A stretch of 64,000 nt of DNA from Octopus sinensis. Taxonomy: Eukaryota. Below are positions 1 through 12,218 of the stretch, piece by piece. Below the pieces are notes generated by a model, which worked only from the letters and a program-made list of their open reading frames with translations, was not told the origin of the DNA and did no database searches. The DNA lies in the NCBI RefSeq assembly GCF_006345805.1, contig NC_043026.1:10540001-10604000 (forward strand), in the 5' to 3' direction. The position numbers were made by a program, and so were the translations under genes. Each line of letters starts with the position of its first letter. Position 1 is the first letter of the stretch.

Positions 1-118
1 CTATCGGTCGTCTTTGCCGAACTACTAAGTGACGTAGACGTAAACATAGAGACATCGGTTGTCAAGTGCTGGTGAGGGGAGGAGATAAACACACACACAT
101 ATACACGATAGGCTTGTT
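1..118 (-). mobile_element. SINE family A fragment (central/3' part)
   Basis: Matches the reverse complement of the ...GACAACCGATG...CACTTAG...GGCAAAAGAGACCGATAG segment of the SINE-A copies elsewhere in the window. Confidence 0.7.
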
Positions 119-2430
119 AGCAGAGTTACAGGCCGAAAGTTATCAACAATGTCCCCCTTGTTTGGATCCTTCCTCAATGGCATCACGACACCTCGGCTCA
201 CAGTTCTGCTGCCTGTTGCGGTAGACATCTTGCAAAATATCACCAGACAAGTCTAGCATATGAATATAAATTTCGAAGGGCAAACCATCCAATCCCGGAG
301 ACTTCTCCTTCCTGCAAGTGTCCAGTGCGTCTCACGTATACCTTCCGCTGTTATCGGAATTTCGCAGAACTCCACATCCTTGGCCAAAAGCCGCAGCAGT
401 CCATCGAGGTAGGAGGTGAAGTTCACCTTCGACTCCGAACCACTGTGCGCCTCGTATAGTTCAGCAAAGTGCCACTGAAATTCCGTACAAATCTGCTTGG
501 AATCGTGTAACAAGCACTCGTCCCAACCCATCAAACACCAAATTGTAGTTTTAGGGACATGATGCACCTCGGCCACCCGGGCCCATCGAATGGCTTTCAT
601 TCCCTCCTATCGTAAAGCACTTACCTTAGCGCTGACAATGCAATCTTCATGCTTGGTGTTGAAGAATTGGTTCAATCTCGCTACCGGCACGTCAGTCGCT
701 ATGCCATTACTGAGTGACTCTTCTTATTTCCTAACGAGTTCTCCCGCTTCTCTAGTATTTTCTGTCGCTAATTACCGGTTAAATCCTACCACTTCTACTC
801 TAACCACCCATTTTAGGACTGCCCACCATCGGTTATTGACGACTGCACACGTCAATTTTCAGTCGACTAACTTATTAATCTGGTCTCTGAAAACTTGGAA
901 TGCCAGGAAAGACGTGTTTAGCTTCCAGTATCCGGAGTCCTACGTATGGGAACTACCTAGGTCGACCATACAGATCACAATTTTGTGGATCCATATAGTT
1001 GACAACTTAAAATTGTGGACAACCTATGCTATCCTTATCTGCTGGCCTACAAAATACCTTGTTTTGATAAGATCCGGATGTCCCAACACTATTTGCCCAT
1101 GTCCACCGTGAGGCATTTGGAAAATCCAGTCTGAAACTGTCAGCTAATTGGAAACGAATGAGAAGGTTTGTGAAGCTTACGCACCCCAACTTTCATGTCA
1201 GGTAGTCCCACCCAATCCACACGTGCATCCAAGATGGCATTAAAGTCGTCCACTAACTCTAAGGAGCGAGAAATTCCAAGGAAGTCCTCCAAGCGTGTCT
1301 GACATAATTGGATGTGTTCTATTAATTCATTACTTTTTGTACTTATAGCCATGAGATTAATAATGTCTGGTTTATGGTCATTTGGTGGAATGAAGTCCGT
1401 CTGTTGTGTATGGAGGCTATGTTGTGTTTGTGATGGTAGTGGTGGGGATGATGTTATTGTTGCCTCTGTGTTTGTGTGTGTATGCATGGTGTGCTATTGT
1501 TACTGCACGTTCCCTCCTCCATTTTCTTGTACGTTTTTCTTTTCTGGTTATCGTTTGTGCTCTTCCGTCTTTTCCTTCCTTTCCTTGTGACTCTTTCACA
1601 TGCCTGTCCCTCCTTATTTCTCTCATTTTCCTTAGCTGAATAGGGAACGGGTATTTCTTCTGCAGGTATTTGTTTTACTGTTGGCGCTGTTAACAGTGTT
1701 GTCATTATTTTTGGTGGGGGGGGGTTCCCTGTTGCTGCTGCTGCTGTGCATTCTGCTTAACATTATGCAGTTGTTTCCATTCCAGTCGATGTTGTAGCTG
1801 CAGCTGCTGCCGGCGCTGTTGTGGTTTTTGTGAATGTTGTTATGTCCAATTGTCTCTGTTGCTGCCCTTCTTGTGGTGTCTGTTGTTATTGTGGTTGCAG
1901 TGGTGTTAATGGTTGCTGTGGATCATTTTTCCCCTTTTCTTCTTTCCCTCAGACTATAGACTCTGACCTGGCCTGAATCACCACAGAAGTAACACCGTGG
2001 CCTTCTTCCCTCCACGATTACCTGAAGATGCTTGCCTCCAGGGATTTCTATTATGTCGGGAATTTTCTCTATAGTTTCTGGTTTTACTTGCAGTAGAATT
2101 TTGACCCTGTCCCACCCTAGTTCATCCTTTGGGATTTTTTTTATTTCTAGGAGGCTTCTAGAATCTTCCAGCACCAGAAATCGATTTCTGGTGGTATTTT
2201 ACTTATATTTATTTGGATCACTCTCTGTCCCAGATAGATAGCAATTAAAGAGAACTCTTCCATTTTTAATGGGACAGTTGAATGTTTATGTGTTAGTGAT
2301 TCCGACTGGAATATGACCTTGATGTAGCCAAACTTTGGGGCATGGCAGACAAAGCTGACATCTCCCCATATATTTTTCAGGCACAGCTCGGCTTGCTCTG
2401 ATGGTATTTTTTCCATGCTGAGTGATACCC
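119..2430 (-). mobile_element. Degraded L1/Tx1-type LINE (ORF1 with zinc knuckle; ORF2 endonuclease to start of RT)
   Basis: Minus-strand peptides: VIVEGRRPRCYFCGDSGQ (ORF1 knuckle), DDFNAILDARVD (GDFN-like APE motif), KSPGLDGLPFEIY and DNFRPVTLL (pre-RT motifs). Many stops and frameshifts. Confidence 0.75.
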
Positions 2431-3778
2431 AGCATGGTTTTTGACAAGGTAAGAGCTGCCTGACCCAGCTCTTACAACATTATGACTGGGTGTTGAGGCA
2501 GTTACTCAACAAATCAAATGTGGACGTAATCTACCTTGATTTTGCAAAAGCTTTTGACAAGGTGGATCATGGTATGATATGCCACAAACTGCGTGACCTC
2601 GGCATAGCTGGAAAACTTGGAGTGTGGTTACATGACTTCCTGAAAGATAGGAGTCAGGCAGTAGTGGTTAATGGAGCCACCTCTATGAACACACAAATAG
2701 TGAGCGGTGTTCCACAGGGCACTGTCTTGGGACCACTACTTTTTATAGTAGCCCTCTCAGATATGCCCTCAAATGTCCGGGTAGACACGCTGGCAAGCTA
2801 TGCAGACGATACGAAAGTCTCGCAGAAAATACAGAACCCCAGCGATGTTGCACACCTGCAGTAGGAGTTGGACTCAATCTACAGATGGGCTGAGGATAAT
2901 AATATGCAGTTTAATGCTGAAAAATTCCAGGCCCTGTGCTATCAGCATCCAAAACTGAATATTAAACTTACAGGATACACCGGTCCACAGGGAATTTCAA
3001 TCCCAGAGCCTAAGTCTGTGAGGGACCTGGGTATCGACATGAGTGAGGATACCTCTTTCCAAGTGCACATTACCAGGATGGCGATAAGTGCAGACGACTG
3101 GCTGGATGGATCCTAAGAACATTCAGAACCAGAGATAAGGAAATCATGATGGTTCTCTGGCGGACATTCGTCCTCAGCCGTTTGGATTACTGCTCACAGC
3201 TATGGTCACCCACCAGTGTAAAATTAACAGCGGACCGTGAAGCAATCCAGAGAAGATTCACAAAGATTATCTCTTTGCAACAGCTCAGCTACTGGGAAAG
3301 GTTGAAACAGCTAAGACGCTACTCCCGGAGAGAAGACGGGAGAGGTATGCAGTAATATATATCTGGAAGATCCTGGAAGGAATTGTGCCAAATTTTGGCA
3401 TTGTAAGCTACACCAATGCTAGAACGGGACGACACTGCATAGTGCCAAAGATCCCAGCAATGCCGTCACGCTTCAGGACCAACTACTGCAATAGCCTGGG
3501 CTTCAGGAGCTCACAGCTTTTTAATATTCTCCCAAAGAGCCTGAGGAGCCTGCACAAAGTGGATGTAGGGGTTTTAAAATCAAAGCTGGACCTCTTCCTG
3601 TCGAGAGTCCCAGATGAACCTACCTCATGGCAAGAGGTGCAAATGAGGATAAGCAACATCAAACTCCATTCTTCACCAAGTGCCACATATTAGAGGAGAC
3701 TCTCAGTAATAACAGAGTAGCAAACGGCAGTGCTCCAGCATGGTCACAAATCTGAGCTGAAACTACAAAAAGAAAAAA
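2431..3778 (+). mobile_element. CR1-group LINE, 5'-truncated, RT to 3' end
   Basis: DVIYLDFAKAFDKVDH, SGVPQGTVLGPLLF, YADDTK, VRDLG, LDYCSQLWSP, TGRHC...QLFNILP. In-frame stops. 3' tail GGCAGTGCTCCAGCATGG...GCTGAAACTA followed by A-rich sequence. Confidence 0.9.
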
Positions 3779-3891
3779 TATGTATGTTGTATGTATATAT
3801 ATATCTATATATATATATATCGCCATGTTGATTCGCTAGCCTCTGCATGCATTTTTTTTCTCTCCTTCTTTCTGTGTTTCTTCTCTGTGTA

Positions 3892-3929
3892 TCTTTCTGT
3901 TGAAGAGCATAGGCTCGAAACGTTAAAGA
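3892..3929 (+). ncRNA. Minimal type I hammerhead-ribozyme-like fold (Penelope-like remnant), variant core
   Basis: TCTTT-CTGTTGA-A-GAGC-ATAG-GCTC-GAAAC-GTT-AAAGA. Stem I TCTTT/AAAGA, stem II GAGC/GCTC, loopless AC/GT stem III. Core A6 is replaced by U. Confidence 0.5.
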
Positions 3930-4057
3930 CTTGTTTTATTTATATTTCCTGAGCGCCATACTAATACAATTGTTTGTTTGTATTCCACCTGCCTTCGTCT
4001 TTTGTTTATTTCCGTAAACCTGCCTTCGTCTTTTGTCTATTTTCATAAAGCTTCCCG

Positions 4058-4058
<1 letters not shown>

Positions 4059-4111
<53 letters not shown>

Positions 4112-4132
4112 TTGTATATATATATATACAAA

Positions 4133-4195
<63 letters not shown>
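4059..4195. repeat. (TA)n microsatellite
   Basis: Direct reading. Similar (TA)n, (GT)n and (AAT)n tracts occur throughout the window. Confidence 0.98.
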
Positions 4196-4198
<3 letters not shown>

Positions 4199-5311
4199 GA
4201 TATATATATACAAATATTAATTCAATTTAATGGGATTAATTGATATGCGGGTATTCTATTTCAGATAATAACCTAATGAAATACAATTTTTCAACTGGAA
4301 ATTTTCAAAAAGTTTGTGACTGATTTCCAACATTTTCGTTTCTCATGTTTTCTTGACAAAGATTTACACTACAGTGAAATGCAGGGTAAATATAATCTTC
4401 ACAGCTATTAGTAAATGTGTATTAACCCATAATTTCTCAATCTGATAAGTGTGAGTGAGGAAAATTTCTAAGTGCAATTTTTCATTTCACAATTCTCAAA
4501 ATATTTGCTGATTATTTCAAACATTTACAGTCCTCGTCTTTTCTGATAAATCGATACATGCCTCTTGACCTTACAAGGTCAGCAAGTCCTCAGTGTGCTG
4601 CCACTACCTCATACATCGGCACATGAGCGCCCTCACCTTCGCTGTCATTGTTGCACTCCGCCTTGCACCCAGGCAGCCACCACGCTTGCTCATACACTCA
4701 TTCATGCTTGCCTGCTCCTCACCATCATATGCACCGCTGACAGCATCTCTGGTCATTCATCATTTTTCACATTCAGACTCCTCACCTTCGCCTTGATGTC
4801 ATGGCTATGACCTCATCCGCTGCCACAGCTGTGAAGACTACACCTCTGCCTTGCTTCTAGTCCAACAATATCATCATTGTGTCCCCCAATGCATTCCCAT
4901 GACCACCTCCATCAGTTGGTATGCTATGGAAGCTTGCAATCTGTTGCTGCCCTACTGGCTGATTTCGTACTGCGGACACTGTTGCTCATGCTTATGCGCT
5001 CTATGATCAACCACCTGCTTCTCTTTACTTCCTCCTCATTGACCCTCGACCTTGACTCAACATCCCCTCCATGCTGGGCACCACCAACGACACCTCACCA
5101 CTTCCATATATGCTCACTGCTCCGGTTTTGTTTTCTGTTGTTGAGGACCCGGTCAGGTTATGCTACTGATCTTGTGTTGCATTGCCACGGATGCAGCAGA
5201 AAGGCAAGAAGTAAAAAGAATATAAATGTGATATTATATCCCAGGATTCATGAAGCTTCCAGTCGTTGTGATACGTGCACCAGAAAATAAATAAAGCAAG
5301 AAGAAAAAACA

Positions 5312-5690
5312 CATTATTTATAAAAAAATAATGAAATTATTATATAGTGCTCAGGTGCACCACAACTTGTCAAAAGTGCATATAAAGCATATGCAGTAAT
5401 GTACAAATGTCTGGAAAGTGAACAGTATATGAGTCAGATACATGCTTGTGTGTGTATGGAGGGGAGAAGATCAGGTGTAGTGTTGGTGAATCTCAGAAAG
5501 CATGGAAGTTTTGAAGGATGCAGTGCTCCGACAACTAACAACTGATGCCGGCAGTTTGTTCCATGCTTCAGCAACTCTTAGTGTGAAAAAATGTTTCCGA
5601 AAGTCATGGGAGCTGTGCTGTTTTCTGACTTTGTAAACATGTCCACGGGTGTTAGACAGGTGGAGTTCGAAAAGGTGCTCAGAGTTATAA
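5312..5690 (-). mobile_element. CR1-group LINE 3' end (second family)
   Basis: LSNTRGHVYKVRK...RKHFFTLRVAEAWNKLPASVV...FKTSML is a CR1 ORF2 C-terminus. Near-identical copy at 53345-53650; partial copies near 45730-45870 and 46095-46310. Confidence 0.85.
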
Positions 5691-6912
5691 ATACATTCAC
5701 ACAAATGAAAGAAAACAACAGTGTCCCAGTGCAGCACAACTGAAAAAATTCTTGCAGGAACAAATGGACTTCATAACAAGAGGTAAATGACACTGGATAG
5801 TTATTGCTGTTCGTAACAGTAAAGCAGAAGCTAAAACTGTGGCTACTATTACTTGCACATCCCAAGGTTCTCTTATGACTTAACTATTTATAGAGAAGAC
5901 TGGTGACCAAAATAGGAGTTAGCAATGTATCAGCCCCAACAGGGGCCAGACAAAACTGGTGGCAATGGTGGAGGAGCACATAAAGGTTATAACCCTCAAG
6001 TCCACTCTCTAGCAGAATCATTCACCCATGACTGTGGGTGAATAAATTAATTGGGTTTAAAAGACTGTGTTCATTGAGGAGAATCTTTTGGTGAAAACCT
6101 TGTTAAAAAGTATCAGCAAGGAGAAAAGTTGTGACTTTAAGTAATGAAATATGGTAAGTAACACCCAAGATTGACTTTGAATCAAAATATATCAACTAAT
6201 ATTGAAGAAAATTATACAACAGTTGTGTTCAAATGAATCATCAAAAAATATTAGCATCAAAAAAGTGGTGTATCTTTAACTGACAAAAAAAAAGGTGATT
6301 GTTTACACAAATGAAAATATTTTGGTCATTTCAAGATATTTAACATTATAAAAGTTGGTATCAGATGTAATAGTTCATGTAGCTTAATGGTACAGTATGC
6401 TTATCTGTTTTTTAAATGATACGGTTTCTCTGTAGTGGCTTGGTATAAAGTTTTCTGTTTTCATTTTCTAAGAGTATTTTATCGATCTTAGCTGTTTTCA
6501 CTTCTCCACTGCATTCGAGATTTCTTTTCTAGATTTTTCTAAAATTTTTCTGGAACAACTGAATAACAACATCAGGTTTAGTGAGAAAAATTACATCAGT
6601 ATATCAAATTTAAACATTTTCACTCAATTTAAAAATTTTTAAGAAGTGAAAACCAACCAGAAAAGAATTTCACTTTTTCCAGAAAAATTTTAGAGAAATG
6701 TTAAAGAGGTTTAAAGTTTGATTATTCTTAATCAGAAAACAGAATTTAGAAATCGATAAGTTGTAAGAAGTTTTGAAATTTGAATAAGTTTAAATGAATC
6801 AAGTCAAGCGAAACACTGGAGAAGGAAAAATTATCCATAAATTTTTTTTGGAAAAATTACAGGAAAACAAACTGTACATTATTCTACAATGAAAGTTTGA
6901 GATACACAAGGA

Positions 6913-6983
6913 TTAGAGTTAGGGTTTAGCAATGGAGTTTAGGGTTTAGGGTTAGAGTTAGGACTATGGGTTGGCATTTAGGG
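6913..6983 (+). repeat. Short degenerate TTAGGG-like tract
   Basis: TTAGAGTTAGGGTTTAG...TTTAGGGTTTAGGGTTAGAGTTAGG. Confidence 0.6.
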
Positions 6984-9372
6984 TCAATCTGACTAGTGGA
7001 TAACCTGGGGTTAATTAATTAGTAACAGAATTTTAGTGAAAGTTTTCCTAAACTTTTTCTGGAACAAATGAATAACAAAATCAGATTCAACATGAAAGAG
7101 TACATCAATACACCAAATTTGAAAAAAACAATATGTTTTTTTCTAAAACAAAGGTTCAGAACATAAGTATTGTAGCTTTAAGCAGACAACAGCTTTGCTT
7201 GTTACGATGGGAACAGGCACCGATTTGTCTGTGGCTGAGAAAAAGAAGTGATATTTTAAAAGATTAAAATATTTTTGTCATTTTAAGATATTTAACGTTA
7301 TAAAAGATGGTATCTAATGTATTATGTTGCTTAGATTAATAATTCAGCAGACTTAACTGGAGTTTTTGAGAAGTACACATTTGATTCTCTGCAGTGGCAA
7401 TGGTTGCTATTTTTTTAACGTTTTTCTAAGGGAATTTAGTCAACTTTCCAAGCTGTTTTCAGAGCTATTCTATGTTTGGGTTTAGTTCAGATGAAAGAGC
7501 TCTGTAAGAGGAAACTTTGTCTATGGTGAAAAACCTTGACAAAAAATATTAGCTGTTGTTTGGCGTTCAGTGTAAAAAGAAGGGGATAATTTTAAGAAAT
7601 CAAAATACTTTTATCCTTTTAAGAGAAAAATATTATTTGAACTCAAATGAAAGAGTTCATCCAGATGAATTTTTGGGAAAAAGTTTTGTCTAAAAATATT
7701 AAACCTAAAAATAGTTATGATTTTTTTTTTGCAATTTTATATTAATTTTTATTTTTTTGTTAAATTATTAAATCATGTACATATAAACATATAAAAAAAT
7801 ATTTCACTCATGAAAAAACCTAATTATTAATTATTTAATTAGAATATAGCATTATTTTATAATAAAAATTGTTTAAAAATGTGTTTATTTGTAAGAGATA
7901 TGCTGCTGTTAATCCTTTGATATTTTTATATGCAAACAAAATTTCTAAGTTTAAACAAATATTTAAAAAAATATTTACCATAGTATCATTTTTTTCAGTT
8001 ATAAAGGTAAATATCATAATTATAATAACAGAAGTGCTGCCTGGAAAGACAGTGAACTAAAATCAAAAATGCAGGTGCAGAATCCTAGAATATTCTTAAA
8101 TATTGAACATGGAAAAGTACAGAACAAGAAGTGATTAATCCTGGAAAAGTACAGAACAAGAAGAGCAAGAACTTAAAATATTGCTGCTGAAGTTAGAATT
8201 TGCTAAATAAATTTCAGAAATTGTATTAAATCTACTCTCTGACTGTAGATCTGTCAGTGGTGAGGGGGATTTTATTTTTGGTTGGATGGAGACAAAGAAT
8301 TTTTCTATTTATGAATATAGGAAAGGGTACAACAAATGTCAAAACCAATAAATCTATTCTTATTCTGAGGAACCCAGCCCAGATACATTTGAATGACCTA
8401 TAGCAAAAAGCTAGTATGTTGAAGTTAGAAGGGTAAGGGAAGATAGACTATTAGTGCTCTAGAGGTTTTAATGCCTAACTACCATTTGACATTCAGATTC
8501 TATATTCAGAAATTTAAGTAAATATTCTTCAGACAAGTTTCTAAATGATTTCAGTAAATTTTAGTATCTTATATAGGGTATCTTATATAAGGATAAAAGA
8601 TATAGAAATCATTTCATATTTATATAAATATATATTATTTCTATTAATATATATTAATAATTAGCTAGTAAGTGGTGATTATTTTAATGAGTTGAATTAA
8701 AAGAAAATTTTAGACATAATACTTACTAACCATGGAAAAAACATATATATATATATAATCAAAATAAGCGTCCTACTGATTCAAAATTCTATTCATTTAT
8801 TTATGCAGCTGAGAATAGCCCTGCATTTAAATTGATGAAATGATTGCCTTGTTCAATTAAATGAAGACGTTTGAAACGGTCGTACTGCATCACTCCTTGA
8901 TATCCTGTTGCTTATTTTGATTTTATTCACCTATTTGAGTTGTACGGATAATACCGCACTGATTTGGTGCTTCAACTTAAGTACCTAATTCAACTGACTC
9001 GCTAATATGGAACAGTGAGAATGAGGGCTCAACACTGCATTGGTAGATAAGTTCTCTTTATTTGTGGGCTAACAAGGTAACCATTGGTTTCATGCCAAAG
9101 CCTGCCACATGGAACGTTGGTCTAATGACTATAACAAGTAAAAGAATAAAAAAAAGTGTGTGTCTGTGTGTGTTTACATTCACGCGTACATACATACAGT
9201 CTAAATACGCGAATAAACCTCAGCAGGGAGAAACACAAAAAGTAAAAATAAAGTAAGAAATGCAGAAAAATAAACGAAGAACAAAAAATAATAGAATAAT
9301 AAATGCTACAACATACTTACCATTAGAAAAAAATAAACAACAAAAATCAAAAACCTACCATTTGCTGTCTCT

Positions 9373-9895
9373 TCAGCTCTTCCTTCCATGGGTCGGTCGT
9401 TTCGGCTCCTTCTTCTCGCTCTGCAGTTCCTCCAAAGTAGGTATCTCGTAGACAGTGTCCAGTGGGTAAAACTTCACAACTTTCTTCTGGTTGAATTTCT
9501 GGGTTGGAAGTGGATACAGTTTCCTGTTGAGGCGTATCTTTGACTCAGCGGGTACCTTAGAGGTGGGACAGGGAGTAGGATTCCTGAAAAGAGTAAAGTA
9601 ATGAGCCCTGCGTTTAATGGTGTCTAGATAGTCATCTGACGTTTTATATATTTTAGGTAACGTTGATACAGACACTGAGAACGCAGGCGGTGACATTGAC
9701 GAGAACGGAAATGTATTTAGCGAGGGCAAATTCACTGAAGGCGACAGAAAAGACGAAGACCATTTTAACACTGATGAATTCTTATATGCTGACATCTTTA
9801 ACGGCGGCAATTTAGCGGAAGACGACGACGAAGAAGCATGACGATACGAACAAGAATATTCTGCAACATTGGGCAAGAGATATGGACGAGAGTAC
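9373..9895 (-). CDS. Orphan ORF, Ser-rich then basic/acidic; function unknown
   Basis: Part of the 209-codon open frame 9373..10002, more GC-rich than its flanks. Contains ...DDYLDTIKRRAHYFTLFRNPTP...KKVVKFYPLDTVYEIPTLEEL. No family recognised. Confidence 0.25.
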
Positions 9896-10090
9896 ATTAT
9901 TTCACGAATAGACACAAAAATATAAAATGCAGAACTAACAGAAATAAGCAGAAAACACTCAACAAAGAAAGGAAGAAAGAAGAAAAGGAAACAATATGCC
10001 AATAAATTAAAACAAGAACAAATATAGAAAGAGTGGTACTACTTAAATACAGAGGTCCTGATGCATCTACGTAACGATATAAAGGGAAGG

Positions 10091-10732
10091 TAACCCTAAC
10101 GCTAACCCTGAAAACTAACCCTAACCCTAAACCTAGAAACTAAGCCTAACCCTAGAAGCTAACTCTAAAACTAACCCTAACCCTAATCCTAGAAGCTAAC
10201 CCTAAAACTAACCCTAGAAGCTAACCCTAAACCTAGAATCTAACCCTAAAACTAACCCTAACCCTAGAATCTAACCCTAAAACTAACCCTAACCCTAGAA
10301 TCTAACCCTAACCCTAATCCTAGAAGCTAACCCTAAAACTAACCCTAACCCTAAACCTAGAATCTAACCCTAAAACTAACCTTAACCCTAATCCTAGAAG
10401 CTAACCCTAAAACTAACCCTAACCCTAACCCTAAACCTAGAATCTAACCCTAAAACTAACCTTAACCCTAATCCTAGAAGCTAACCCTAAAACTAACCCT
10501 AACCCTAACCCTAAACCTAGAATCTAACCCTAACCCTAACCCTAGAAGCTAACCCTAATCCTAGAAGCTAACTCTAAAACTAACTCTAACCCTAAACCTT
10601 GAAACTAACCCAAACCCTAACCCTAGAAGCTAACCCTAAAACTAACCCTAACCCTAGAAGCTAACCCTAACCCCTGAAGCTAACCCTAAGACTAACCCTA
10701 ATCCCAGAAGCTAACCCTAAAACTAACCCTAA
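10091..10732. repeat. Interstitial telomere-like variant repeat array
   Basis: CTAACC hexamers mixed with CTAAAA, CTAATC, CTAAAC and CTAGAAG/CTAGAAT; recurrent ~31-bp higher-order unit. Confidence 0.92.
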
Positions 10733-11834
10733 GAGAGGTTAGAGTGGGGAAAGGGAGGGGGCGGAGGGATGGAGATGGAAACTGAAAAATGAAGAAAATG
10801 AGAAAAACAAAAATTATACATCTACTGATATAAAATGATGGATAAAGTGAATCTGTATCAATAGATCAATAACTGAGCGATAAAAGAAACAAGATGGATT
10901 GAGGGTGGCGAAGGGAAGTGTAAATGGATTGATAAGGATGTGAGTTAAATATGAAATACGTGGATTAGTTGAAATCAATAAATATATGAGTAAGTAATCG
11001 AATTGAAAGAAGAGGAAAGCAAACGAAAATACAAGGGAGGGGGTGAAGAGAGGGGGGATGGAAAGGGGTTAAGAGAGGAAAGAAGAAAACGAAAATAAAA
11101 AGAAAATAAAAAAGAAATATAAGATGGAGACTATAGAGATTATGGATAATCTGAATCTATTTTCTTTTCTTTTCTAGGCACAAGGCCGGAAATAAACTGA
11201 ATATATTAAAAGATCGATGAAATAAGGAAATATATATAAAAAGAGGAAGGGAGAGAAGGGGAAGTAGAAGAAGGGATTGATGAAGTCGTTGGTTAAAATC
11301 AGAAGAAAATCTGGATTAGTTTGAATGAATAGATTAAGTTGAGAGATTGAGAAAGGGAGAAAGGAGAGAAGGAAGAACTAGAAGCAAAAATAAAAGAAAA
11401 ACAGTAAAACGGGAAGGAGAGGTGGAGATATAGAGCCAATAGACTGATAAAGTTATCGATGAATTGAATGTACCAATAGGCCAATCAGTTACTAATAGAT
11501 TAACATAAGGAATGATAGATTAACACAAAGGAATGATAAGGGGGAAAGAATTAGTTGAAAATCCGATAAATGTACGGATTAGTTTAAATCAAGGGATCAC
11601 TTTGTAATCGATAAAATGAAAAGACGGACGCAACAGTAACGGAAAAATAGAAAGAAGGCCGTAAGGTGGAGTAGACTGGTAAAGTTATCGATGAGCTGGA
11701 TATAAGAAAAGATGGGTAAGTTATCGATCAATAATGTGTTGTAGATTAATGATTCAGTCGGTTGAAAGAAGAATACAAAGGATCGATGGAGTATTTAAAG
11801 TTAACGATAGACTGATTCTAATTACTAGATTAGT

Positions 11835-12218
11835 GTAATCAATAAAGAGAATAAAGCCAGAGGTGAGATAGATTGATAAAGCTGTTAGTTGAGTTAGTAT
11901 AAAATAAAATATATATTGATTGATTTAAATTGATAATTGATAAATCAATAAGGAGTCGATCAATCGATTAATCAAACAACCAGATAGAAACTTTGATGGC
12001 ATGCACTGCTCTCTCACTCAATAATAATAATATTGTATAAGCTTAAAGCTTATAAGCGATCACCGTGTAATCTATAAAGAGAATAAAGCCAGGGGTGAGA
12101 TAGATTGATAAAGCGATTAGTTGAGTTAGTATAAAATAAAATATATATGGATTGATTGATTTAAATTGATAAATCAATAAGGAGTCGATCAATCGATTAA
12201 TCAAACAACCAGATAGAG
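11835..12218 (+). repeat. ~150-bp direct duplication flanking an ~80-bp insert
   Basis: GTGTAATC.ATAAAGAGAATAAAGCCAG...AACCAGATAG at 11835-11989 and 12064-12218. The insert 11990-12070 matches 14430-14510. Confidence 0.85.

Noticed and set aside
4565-5290. GC-richer stretch with short ORFs
   Set aside because: No recognisable motif in any frame; probably an old repeat.
8757-8922. 13-bp inverted repeat AATCAAAATAAGC/GCTTATTTTGATT enclosing TTGATGA...GAAACGGTC, suggesting a MITE or third hammerhead
   Set aside because: No TSD, and I could not build a stem I or stem II. It may be Penelope-derived, but the evidence is insufficient.
9640-9845. Acidic plus-strand reading (GNVDTDTENAGGDIDENG...)
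   Set aside because: Antisense shadow of the Ser-rich minus-strand ORF; short and without a clear start.
6913-10732. Linear element bounded by two telomere-like tracts
   Set aside because: The polarity is opposite to that of a linear replicon, the tracts differ greatly in size, and no shared termini are visible.
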